Shown here piece after piece: positions 15,701-27,700 of a DNA stretch of 64,000 nucleotides; the first letter of the stretch is position 1, and every line of letters starts with the position of its first letter. This DNA comes from Balanoglossus misakiensis (Eukaryota; Animalia; Hemichordata). The position numbers and the translations under genes are program-made. The DNA lies in assembly GCA_040954595.2 (NCBI GenBank), contig CM082592.2, forward strand, positions 6,303,531 to 6,367,530. The letters run 5' to 3'. The notes beneath the pieces are model-generated. The model saw only the letters and a list, made by a program, of their open reading frames with translations. It was not told the origin of the DNA and searched no databases.

Positions 15701-18700
15701 CAAATCGAAGATGGATCACATGTTCAGTCTACTGATGCAAGACATATGACTCGGGCGGGCAAAAATTAGTTACACTACAGTAAGAAATTTGACCTGGTTG
15801 CATAGAATAGATAGTTAAGCTACTTTTATCCAGGAAAATAATGATAAATGAGGAAGCAACTTATTTTCATCGTGTCATTTTGGTCTCATTGGGGATGCCT
15901 CTCTTGGAGCGATGGGAATTTAAGGCTAGTTATACTTTGCGAAACAACGAAACAGCGAAACGAAACAGCGAAACGACGAAACCATTATTAAAATAGGGGC
16001 CAGTCATCAAGACGGTGGCGTATTATTATTTTAAAAGTTTCCAAATAAGTTCCTGGTCTGCGGCCTGGTACTAGTGGTTGCGCGCCAAAAAAGAATCCCG
16101 CCCCAAAAGGTCAATGTACGAGTATATTCACAGGGCTAAGGATTAGTTGAAACAAAGCAGTAGTGTCTGTAAGCTTTCGAGGGTCAAACACTGATGGGGG
16201 GTAAGAGTAGTAGTTATATATAGAAACACATGTAACTCACACAACACAGTATCATTGTCGAAATTTCTTTATTATCTTAATTGCAATTCATGCCTCCCCG
16301 CCTTGTGGTATTTAAGGAAATAGTGTCAGTTGCTGCCGCATTTTGAGGTTTCGATCTTTTGTGGTTTCGTTGTGCGCGCGCGTATATTCACTGTGTATAT
16401 GTAGCAGTTTGGCATGAATCGTTTGCGCGCACACGACGTCGACTCTACCACTACATAGTACCAGGCCGCAGACCAGGAACTGGCGACCCGCCGTTTGTTT
16501 CCAACGCCAAATTCTAATGTTGAATTTCCGAGAAAACAATTTATCTGACCTGTAGTTTTCTTGGCTCGCTTACGTTTTAATTTGGAAACTTTAAAAAAAA
16601 TCATACGCCACCGTCTTGATGACTGGCCCCTATTTTAATAATGGTTTCGTCGTTTCGCTGTTTCGTTGTTTCGCAAAGTATAACTAGCCGAATTTAAATG
16701 TCTTGAAGTATGTGTTGCCTGGATTAGCTTTGAAATGGAAGAAATGTCACTTGGATTTGTTCTAAAATAGATTGGTTCATGAAGTCTGTATCTAGTACGA
16801 TGTTTAAGATGATTATGGGATGGCTGGCTGGACCGGAACTGCAAAAAGCATGGCTAGACCAGAACGAGACAATCTCTTCTGAACATTTACTTTGGAAGTC
16901 ATTTACATGCTCATCACTGTGTAATATCCATTAAAAATTCTTATCTCCAAACAGAATTCATATACACATGGAGGTTATCGTAACAGCTGATCTGTATTTG
17001 CACGTCACCAGTGTGGCTTTTCAAAATCTCGATTAAACCAAAATGCATTATTTTGAGACACACAAAAAAAGTTATGCTTTTCACAAGCATATGAAGATTT
17101 AGAATAAATAATATCTGACCATTCTCAATCCTTTACAAAAACATTCTATGGACTGCTACAGGATGGATGTCTATAGATTTCTATGTAGTTCTGGACCCTT
17201 TTTGTGTTGAATTCTATAGAAATGTCAAGAATGCCACAGAACTATACCCAACATTTTCTTTCAAAAAGGCTGCAATGTTTGTAGTATGCACATACCTGGG
17301 CCAGCTAAACCCTGTAATGAGTTGGAAAAGTTCCCAAAGTGCAGCCTGGTCACTGGGCTGACCCCTCTTTCTCCCTTGGGCAAGGTTCATCACAGGTAAT
17401 TAGGCCGATAATATCCCAGGTAACAGGAGAAAGGAATGTCTCTGTTGCCTCCTCTGGTCTGCATACTAAGCAGCCATTTGTGTGACCTTTGACCTCCAAG
17501 AGCCCCCTGACCCCTATATTTTGATGTGGTGATTACCACCTGTGTACTGTACTGGGTTAGGCCCACTGGTATAAAATCACATTCGACGAAAAATTACAGC
17601 CCATGGCAAACATTTTCCTCAAAATTAAATGGAAATTTTGCAACACTTTTCGTAACATCACTCCATAGAGTTAACACAGATTGGCAGCCATTTTGAATTT
17701 CAAATTTGAGACAATTTTTTCTCAATCATTCACATTTTTTCTTCTTCTTAATTTTTAAGAGAAAACAATCTAAAGTTCTGTAAATATGTACTTCAAAATT
17801 GCAGTTTTTAGTTTCCAGAATTGGTACTTGTCTTCAGATCACATGTTCAGGTGTGCAATCTGTGCAGCCATTAGCTGATAGTCTTCATATATAGACATAA
17901 CCCAACCCAGCCAGGAAAATATTTATACAATACCCATTATGATAATGTGGTTATCTGTTTCTTGCAAATTGTCTGATAATGTCTGATAACGTCCAACCTT
18001 GCAGTTGAGATTAGATATCAAAATGGTATTAAAACTAACATACTTAGCAAATGAGAGGTCGCTTGTTGGCCAAATTAAGACATTGTCCCATTTTGCAAAT
18101 GTAGCGAGTGCTAACACGATGTGACTAAATCATGGTATTGACCATGACATGTACAGGCAATTAAACATCTCATCAAGCTGTATCTGACCTTGATTTGACA
18201 AGGATGTCTTTTCCTTGGGCTATTTGATTCTGTAAAGGACGTTGACCTTTCGCTAAATTGTTGAATTTGATTTGTCATGGTTTTTAGCCCTGCGAAGCAA
18301 ATCGCTTTTATCTTTGGTTTGCAAGTTTCAAAGAATGTTGTATGTGATATTGTTTGCTTTTGTTATTGTTTACCTTGAGATAGATATATCCTGAAAGTTC
18401 AAGGGTACTAAGAATACATAATGATAATGCAAAAGATTAATAAACCCCTCTTGTCAATCATTGAGAAGCAGCTTTTGTTTGGTGCCTGTCAGTGTCAAAT
18501 TTACTATATCATCTATTGAAACCCATTAGAGATATCTGGAATTGGCAGTTTGCATACAATAGCACGTGTCTACATCATGACCTTGACTGTGACATGTACT
18601 TGTAAGTGCCCATCGTTACACAATTTGTGTCTGACCTTGGGTGGCAGAGACATCTTCCTTTTGATATCTGGTTTGATGAAGACATTGACTTTTCTCTTAA

Positions 18701-21700
18701 AGATGGGTTCACAGTAGTAAATTTTATGTCTGCCCTGCAGTGCAGGTGTTTTTTTTTTGTAAATGCTTGAAAAAATAGATTTTTGGTAACATTATAGAAA
18801 TTTGATTAAAGATTGCTAAGGCCAGGGGGATGCTAACACGTCAAAAGAAGTTAAATTGCCCAATCGACCCTGTCTGGAATGAAACACGTGTGTGACCCCT
18901 ACCCCACCTCAAATACAACAAATCCTTGTCCCAGTTCCCCACAGTGGCAATCTCTGTGTGGTACTCCATCACTCCCACCTGACCTTGTAACAGTGGTATG
19001 TCAGTGTCTAATTAAGGAGGATGGGCCACATTTCATCGCCATGGCATGAAGAGAGGCAGGGGTTGCCCTCTATAGCTGACCCAAGGAGGATGTTGTTAGT
19101 ATGTACATAACAAGTATATGCACATAACCAGCGCCACTGGTATATACAGCGATGTCACTGCATTCTACAATCTAAAAATAACCGTCAGTTTTACTGTGAT
19201 ATTATTAATTAAATATAGTACATCTCTCAAACTATTATTAAACTTTTCCCTGCTAATGGAACTGCTATGATTAGCCCATAACCGCTGGATATAAAAAAAT
19301 GAAAGGTAGTAACGCGATCCTTTCTCAAAATAGTAGGACAATACTAGTATACCACTATATACAATGCATTATAATTTGCGACCTATTTGTAGGGCTGAGT
19401 TAAGTCACCTTTGCAAGGTACATTAATCTTTTCCTAACTTTTTGTGACTTGTTTAACACACAAAAAAACAGTCAGTCTTCACAGAAAAACTATAATAATC
19501 GCACAAAAGATGAATTATGGTTTGAAACTGTTGAGCAGAACTGTATCATGCAGTTTAACATATTGGTATTTTCCCCAACTCGGAATCTTTTCGCAAAACG
19601 CCAGATTCCAGAAACAGTAGGGGAGCCTGCCAGCAATTTCCTAGCACCCGAACAAATGAGGGCTAAGCTTGTAAGAGTGCAGTAGACTAGTCATATCTGT
19701 ATCATCATGCAGTTGTCAAAATACCACTCCTGCCCAGACTTAGAGGTTTGTATAGCATTGAAATACTCAAGTACCGGTATGCCTGCATGGATGTACAATG
19801 TACATAACGAATGATTCACATACTATGCATATCTTCAGTGTATACTGCAAAACAGGAAATTTTCGTGAACGGTAAATTTTGGTCCCATCAAATGTTGTAT
19901 TCCTGACTGTGTATTAACTCAATTATCTTTTTTTCACCCTCAGATGACAAAGGAGAAAAAGACAACGCGTCTGCATCCTCTGAGGAGGAGAAGAAAGAAT
20001 CGGAGAAAACGCAGCCGAAAACAACCGAGTCTGTGTTTCTCAGCGACAAGTTCTACACAGTCAAGATAGTACCGCCCGGCTGTGAGCCATTTGAAATACA
20101 GGTCAGTGAAAATTGAGACAGTGTGTTTTTGTGAAGTCAGAAAGCTTCAGGTGGGTCTAGTTTCACATGCAAAGTCAGATGAATACGCCTGAAAAAGTTG
20201 CTGGTTGTTTTTGTAAAGTATATGGTGACCATTGTTATAGCCCCCATCGATTCTCAAAACAGACTTGTGTGCGTAAATTAGTCTATGTGTGTCCACTCTA
20301 ACTGGAATGAAATCTGTGTGCTTTGCACAGGGGTCAACAAATCCTTTCATATCTACAACCCCCACCCCCAGAAAAGTCACAAAAAGGACACTAGTGCTCA
20401 GCATTCATTCATACATGGTGTAATTGTTGAAGAGTGTATATTCATCTTTTAAAACATTTTGGATATTTGACTGGCTAGTTCTGAACTTGTGGTCACATAT
20501 AAGTTGGTTTTCTGCAATACATACAGTGACATAATGGAGTTGGAATTGACATGTTTGTGTCTGGAAACATGCTGATGACATATGGTTTTGCCTGTGCACA
20601 AAACTTGCTATCGCATCCAAATCTAGTCCTTGAAATCAAGGATGTACAAATAGTGTATAGTAGTTGATGAAAGGATGCTGTTCACACAAGTTCCTGGCGA
20701 TAGCTGCAGTCCTTGCTGTGTGTGTCGGCACATACTTGACAGAAATTTCTGGAGATTTTGTACTTTTTTGCTCATGACTAACAACAACAGTTCTTGGTAC
20801 CTCTAAAGAGCATTTTACTGCATGCTGAGGGGTCATTTATCAAACAATTGCAGTATGGGTAAAAAAGTCGACAGCTCACAGTAGTTAGAGTATGGAGAGG
20901 TAATACATTCGCTTGATTTCATGTGCAATAATGAAATTGGTTAGTCACATGCTGTTTTAGATGTTTGTTGGTACACATATCAGAAATTCAAAATGTTTGT
21001 TCCTTGCTAGTCAAATTTGAGAACATGCTTTCTTTTTGTAGGTTGGCGCTCAGGAAATGGTGCACGAATTACATCAGTTGTTGATGGACAAGGAAGAGAC
21101 ATGCCACAGGACGTGTTTCACTCTTCAAATGGAAGGAAATGTCCTGGACAACTTCACAGAATTACGGAATATTGAAGGACTGACGGATGGCTCAGTGATC
21201 AAAGTTGTTGAAGGTGAGACTCCCAGTGTTGAGGAAGTTAGGGAGCTTTGTTGGAGTTAGCAACAAGGTGATTGGTTTAGACAGTTTTCTCAGAATAAGG
21301 AAACTGCTCATTCTGACAGCATTTATGTCGTAGATTCATGCGTACAACGTTTATGGTAAAGCTCCCCTTTGCAATTAAACGAATTGCCAACTTGAAACAT
21401 CAAGGTCCAATTATTTTCTTGAGGCCAGTGTACAGAGTTTAATGATCGTGTGATCTGCTGAGGCTTGAATTTGAAAAGACAAAGAACGAGGAATGCATAC
21501 GGAGTGTTTAATGGTAGCAGCATTACGCAGACAATTGAGAGAGCAATTTTCTTTTATGTAGCTATCTCTTAAAAACAGTGTGTCCAACTGCAATGAAAAT
21601 CCAATGTCTATTCTTTATGGTGACAAAGAAACGTTAGGTAGCATTCAGTCTACAGAAAATATTTTTAAAATTAAAGGCAAGTCCTGACACCCCTATATTG

Positions 21701-24700
21701 CCAGCATCATGGAACAAGCCTGTCTCCCAGAGTATTGTAGATCATTCCATAGAAACTACAATAGGGGCCAGCTAAGTATTTGGACAAAAATCTGAAACTT
21801 TACATGTTTTTGATAAAAAGGAACGCACAGCGTGATAATTTTTGTACAGAAGTACTCTTCCTGAGTAAAAAAAAATCGTCAAATTTCAATTTTCTGTAAG
21901 TGACCTGATAAAATTTATAGCTTTGATCCCACACGGCTGTGCTCAGGGTGTGACATCACCATCATCATGTTCTGATTTCATAGCGTGTTTGATATTTCCG
22001 TCCGACAGATGGCCTGCCTACATCAGTAATAAAATATTTATGTTCCAATTCCCAATAATCTGAAACATATATCCAGGCAGCGTAAAAAGCCCCCGTGTTC
22101 AAACGAGTCCTTGATACAGATCCAAAAGGAAAAACCCAGTTCATATATGTGCATGTAGATAGAGGCTAAAGTGATTAGTATGCATGGCATGAAACATCAG
22201 TGCATACATCGTCCTTTTACACAGCATCAGGCGAATTGGTCTCCTCACTCATGGCAATCTCAGGTCTGTCTGACTGCGAAGAGTTCGCAGACAGAATAGA
22301 TTTAGCAGCCAGAGTCTCGGTCGGTATTGTACTGTGTGTGAGAAGGAGCATGCATGCATGTATAATTCACAGTTGTGTCTGCAGCAGAAACCTGACTGTC
22401 TGGGAGATGGAGGGTTTGTCTCAAATGGGGTTTCTGTGTAAAAGTCATAGTCTGGATATATCTGAAATTTACAACACTGCAAGTCTGCTTTTCACACTAC
22501 CTAGTGACACCTAATAAAAAATTACTGAAATACCGTAATAATATATTTGAGGTATTAAAGACTTGATCCAAATTTATGAAAGTAAACAGTAATTCAATCT
22601 GTTCTGGCTGTTATACATGAGGTATATCATATTATCATTTCAGAGTGTTTTATTTGAATGGATTTGTCTATTGAAAGCGTTTGACTAATCAGACTTATTG
22701 CCTGTGTAAATCCTGCACAATTCCTTTGCTGATATTTCAGTCGGAAGAGTCTCGCATTTGTATAATGCCGATTTTATATTATCCAGGGTGGCATGCGGTC
22801 CTGGCCGTCTCCCGGCATGACTTCCATTGAAGGACGCGCTCATTCAGTACTTTCATTGTGATCGAACAGGCATCTGCCACCAATACGCGACCACGATCCA
22901 AACTCATAAAAAAAGACTCTTTTGTGATTGCGTTTTCCCCCTATGACATTGAAGTGGTCTGCTTCTGTTTCAGAGCCGTACACCGTCCGTGAAGCCCGCA
23001 TTCACGTGCGTCACGTGCGCGATTTGTTGAAGTCGCAGGACCCCATGGACGCGTACAATGGCACAGACTTGCAGTCGCTCAGTTTTCTCAGTGCCGTCAT
23101 CAGCACTGGCAGTGAGAACCAAGGTAAGTAGAGGTTAGAGGTCGCACGGTATGTCAAAGTTCATGGCTGTGTCAGGTCATATGAATGAAATAAAAAGGCC
23201 TAAGAATGTATGATAATGTAAAAATAAATGCAACATCCCCTCTGTCAGATCTAAATAAAAAATATTTGAAATGTCATCTCAAATATGCACAGAAATACAT
23301 CAATGCCACTTTATTGATCGTCATTTTTCCTCCGTTGACAAGTTTTGCAAGTAAGCTTTTTATCGCTGACTGTAGATATCAAATCTGAACGATAATGTCA
23401 GTTTTCCAGACTGATTTATGGTCAGGGTGGAAAGTGGCCACAAGATTAGTGCTGGGTCTTTAAAAATCAAAAATGTTCAGAAAGGTCAGAGAAAGTTCGA
23501 CCAGACCTGATTCTGTCGTCCGTGACATAGAAAAGTGAGCTGGGTATAATTTGTAATAAAAGATTGACATGAAAAACCAAAGTTATTGCAGTCATAAAAG
23601 ATGGTATCTTTGACGGAGGTGCTTGTGTTTCTTAAACTTGAGGTGTGTTTAATAAACTGATTCTGCTGTGTACAGGACGCAACAAAAAGCCGAGCGGAGA
23701 TCGCGACTCTGTCGACTGCACGCCACCCGACTACATCATGCCGGACAGTGCAGAGCGCCCTCTAGTGCCACTGAACCCGTTGGTGCGAGAGCAGAAATCT
23801 CCTGCGTGCGTGCAAGTATTTACAACAAGTGGATGGAATCCGCCACCTGGTAACAGAAAGATGCACGGTGAGTTTGAAGAAAGTTTTCATCACATTTTTT
23901 TCAAAATTTGAATCACTTTTTGACGATAATGGCGTTGAGCAATGCTTCGCATATCTGATAAATGTTAAAGCCCCAGGAGCTGCCACTTTTTGCGTTATTT
24001 TCAGTATTTTACTTTTCATCTTAGATTGGTCCATCTAAATAAGCTTACTGATAGGTATACATGAACATCTTATTGACACCTGAAATATGTGAAATTTGGC
24101 AACTCATGGGGCTTTAATCATTGATGGAGGGTGTGTACAAAATGGAATTTACTCTAGTAGGCTTTCGCTTCTTTTCATTGTCAATCAAAGTTGTCGTAAA
24201 ATTAGCACTAATAAAGCTCATGTACATCTTCTGCACCACACAGGTGATCTGATGTATTTGTACGTAGTAACCGTTGAAAACAACGCTTACCACATCACAG
24301 CATCCACCAGAGGGTTTTACATCAACAGGTAAGTCGATATCAGTGCTCACAATCAGCTGTGCAGTGTATGAAGCTTGTCATGAAAATCAAGAGTATGAGT
24401 ACTTTCATCTGGTTATTGAAATTTGAATGTTGAATGTGCCAAGTACATACATCACAATCCATAATAATTTCTGTTCTTTAGGTCAACACTGGAACTCTTT
24501 GATCCCAAGGCTGCCGAACAGAAACACTTGTCACACTCGCTGGTCGAACTGCTCCAGAAAGTCAGTCCTACTTTCAAGAGGAATTTTGCGCAGTTGTTAA
24601 AAAAGAGGTGAGTGCCACAGTCTTGTTCTCTTTCAATGGAGTCACTGGTATACCTGGAAATACCACCTCTATTCAATTTTGCACTGTTACTTCAATAGCA

Positions 24701-27700
24701 GACTGGAGTTGCATCGGTCTGTATCTCAAACTTACAATAAGATGTGATTATTTTCTCATGATGTTGTTGTTTTGTTCCAGAGCTCTGAGGCATCCATTGG
24801 AGAGGGTTCTCGTGCCGTTCCAAGTGTACACCTGGAACTCACCCCAGATGGACCACACAATAGATTCAATCAGAGCAGAGGATGGTGAGCTTAAAGGCCC
24901 ATATTTCTGGCATATATTCCCCTTTAACTGGTTATGTAGTACCAAGATTGCCTGACAGAGTTTATCTGGCAATAACTTGTCCACACCAGGATTGACAATC
25001 TTGTAGTGAAGATATCTGACCAATATTTCACTATTTGGCACAGCAGTGTTTAAAATTTGGTGTACCTGGTCTGGGTTTGAACAGTGCACACAAGTTGTGT
25101 AGTTAAATCAACAATTTCTCATATCAGCTATAAAGAACTTGCATGTGTGATCTTCTGAATGTTGTACTGAATACAACAGTATTCCATGTTCTTTGATTGC
25201 AGCGTACAATTCCAGACTCGGCTACGAGGAACACATCCCGGGACAGACCAGAGACTGGAACGAGGAACTGCAGACCACGCACGATCTTCCGCGCAAGACG
25301 CTGCAAGAGAGAATCGTGAGAGAGAGAGCCATGTTCAAAGTTCAGAGCGACTTTGTACAGGCTGCCATCAGAGGCGCCATGGCCGTCATTGATGGGAACA
25401 TCATGGCCATCAACCCTGGCGAAGATTCAAAGTAAGTGCGAGAAGACGGTGTCATGATTCCAGATTTACTGTAGAAAGGAGGGGGCTGTCGCTTGCCCCC
25501 AGATACAGCCAAAAACTGCCGGAACTATTTATGTGATAGAGGAGGGCCGGGAAGCGTATTTTCTGGTGTAAGAGCAGGAAAACTGCATTAACCATTTGAC
25601 CATCTCATTGTGGTCCATATGTCATGTGTTTTAACCTCCCTGTATCATCCACAATCAGGAGGGGGGGGGGGATTAGCCCCACCCCCTGTCTTTTGTGGAT
25701 GAAACCTCTTCCTGATGACTTCATGTTACTGTTTCTTTCAGGATGCAAATGTATATATGGAATAATATTTTCTTCAGCTTGGGTTTTGATGTCCGTGACC
25801 ATTACAAGGACTATGGTGGTGACCACGCTGCGTTCGTCGCACCGGTAAGTGATGTCTGTCCGCTCACTGGTGACTGAAGAAGATCACTTCTGTGTACCGT
25901 ACGTCAAAACCATAATTTGCAGAACATTTGGATTGGACATAATGTTTGTATACACGAAATTACACGCATACGAGGATTGTCGGCCTTTAACATCTGCAAT
26001 TACAATGTTGCTGAATTCACCTTTTTTCATTCTCTCCCTGTCCACTTCTCAGAGCTGTGATCTGCAGGGCGTCAAAGCGTACAACAACATCGACATCGAA
26101 GGTCTCTACACACTGGGCACGGTAGTCATAGATTACCGTGGTTACAGAGTGACGGCACAGTCAATTATACCAGGAATCCTGGAGAGGGAACAAGAGGAAT
26201 CCGTCATCTATGGTTCCATCGATTTCGGAAAAACGGTGGCTACGGACGAAAAATTTGAGGAATTGGTATGTGTTGTTTTAGGAAGGCAAAACTTCACAAT
26301 TTTTTTTCAAGAACGATGAGAATTAAGACAAGTTCGACATGAACAGGGGATGCTTGACCTAACCTGATGTTAAAGACCCATTGTCCATTATACCTTCTGT
26401 AGACACGGTACATTTTCAGCCTTCAAAAATAAAGAACATTTGGTTTGCTAAATCTGCCAAAATTTAATGCACAAAACTTTTATATGAACCTAATCTTTCC
26501 TGCTCTGATTTGTCAACAACGACAGTTAATCAAGTCAGCCCAGCAGTTGAAGATTCTGCCGCACAAAGTGCTTAACGAAAAGGACGAAGAAGTTGAACTC
26601 TACTCCTCCATCGAGTGTAAAGGCATCAAGGGGAACGACGGCAGGCACTACATACTCGACTTGCTCCGGACATTCCCGCCAGATCTCCACTACCTCCCAA
26701 GTGAGTGGTTGTTGTGCATCATGTGATGATCATGTGAGCGTCACATGTACGACTGCACTGCTTCAAATTTTAATCAAAGTTGAAATTCAAAATGGCCGCC
26801 ACACTGTATAATTCTATCGGAGAAACAGCAGATGCTTTTCATTTCAAAACAAGAATTTAAGCATGTTTTTTATAACTTACATACACTTGTTATGGCTTAC
26901 ATAAATAAGTTCTTGTTCTCCTCTCTTCATCAACAGTGGAAGGAGAAGAACTAAGCGAAGAGGCCAAAGCGATGGGGTATCCCAAAATCCACAGACATAA
27001 ACTGAGCACTCTCAGACAGGAACTCATTGAAGCATTTATTGAGTAAGTACAAAACCTGTCGTGTCGTGTTGTGTGAAGTCCAGCTCCATATCGTGGTTTA
27101 GTCCGCAGTGTTTATACCTTCGTCGATTATTTTTTCAAGTCGTGTTCAAAACTTGGCAGTTAAATAAGTTATTCAGTTTTCAGCATTGTGGCTGTGCATT
27201 CATGAAACAGTAAGCTTGACAGACATACCTGTTCATCGTGTCTTTGAGAAATTGTTGGCAAAATGAAGAAAGTAAGAAAGAGCCTAGTATGTCCATACCA
27301 GTGCACAAGTTAACTTACTATTTTGTCTGACAAATAAAGATAAGGTTCATTAAACTTTGAATGTTCTGTCTCTGCAGACAGAGGTACGTGATGTTTGTCC
27401 GACACGCCGCATATTTACTGATGGGCAAACAACAGCAGAAAGGTGAGACCAATGCAGAAAAAGAACAAAACAAAGAAGTGCTGGAAATACAGGATATTCC
27501 CCTTGACGGAGACGACGAGGATCCGAATGAGATTATCGAGAAGAAATCCGGCGAAAACCAGGATGACAATGTGGAGAAGAATTCCGGTGAAAACAAATTA
27601 GACAATGAGTCTGTTGATGACAAAGCGACAGACGACAGAACAGAGAAAGATAGCAATGAAAACTCTGCCGAGTCGGTAGAGAGGACTAAAGATTCTCCCA

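Noticed and set aside
15938-15984. GAAAC-based short repeat array superficially like a CRISPR or iteron array
   Set aside because: It is internal to a transposon TIR in a eukaryotic intron, with no unique spacers or cas genes.
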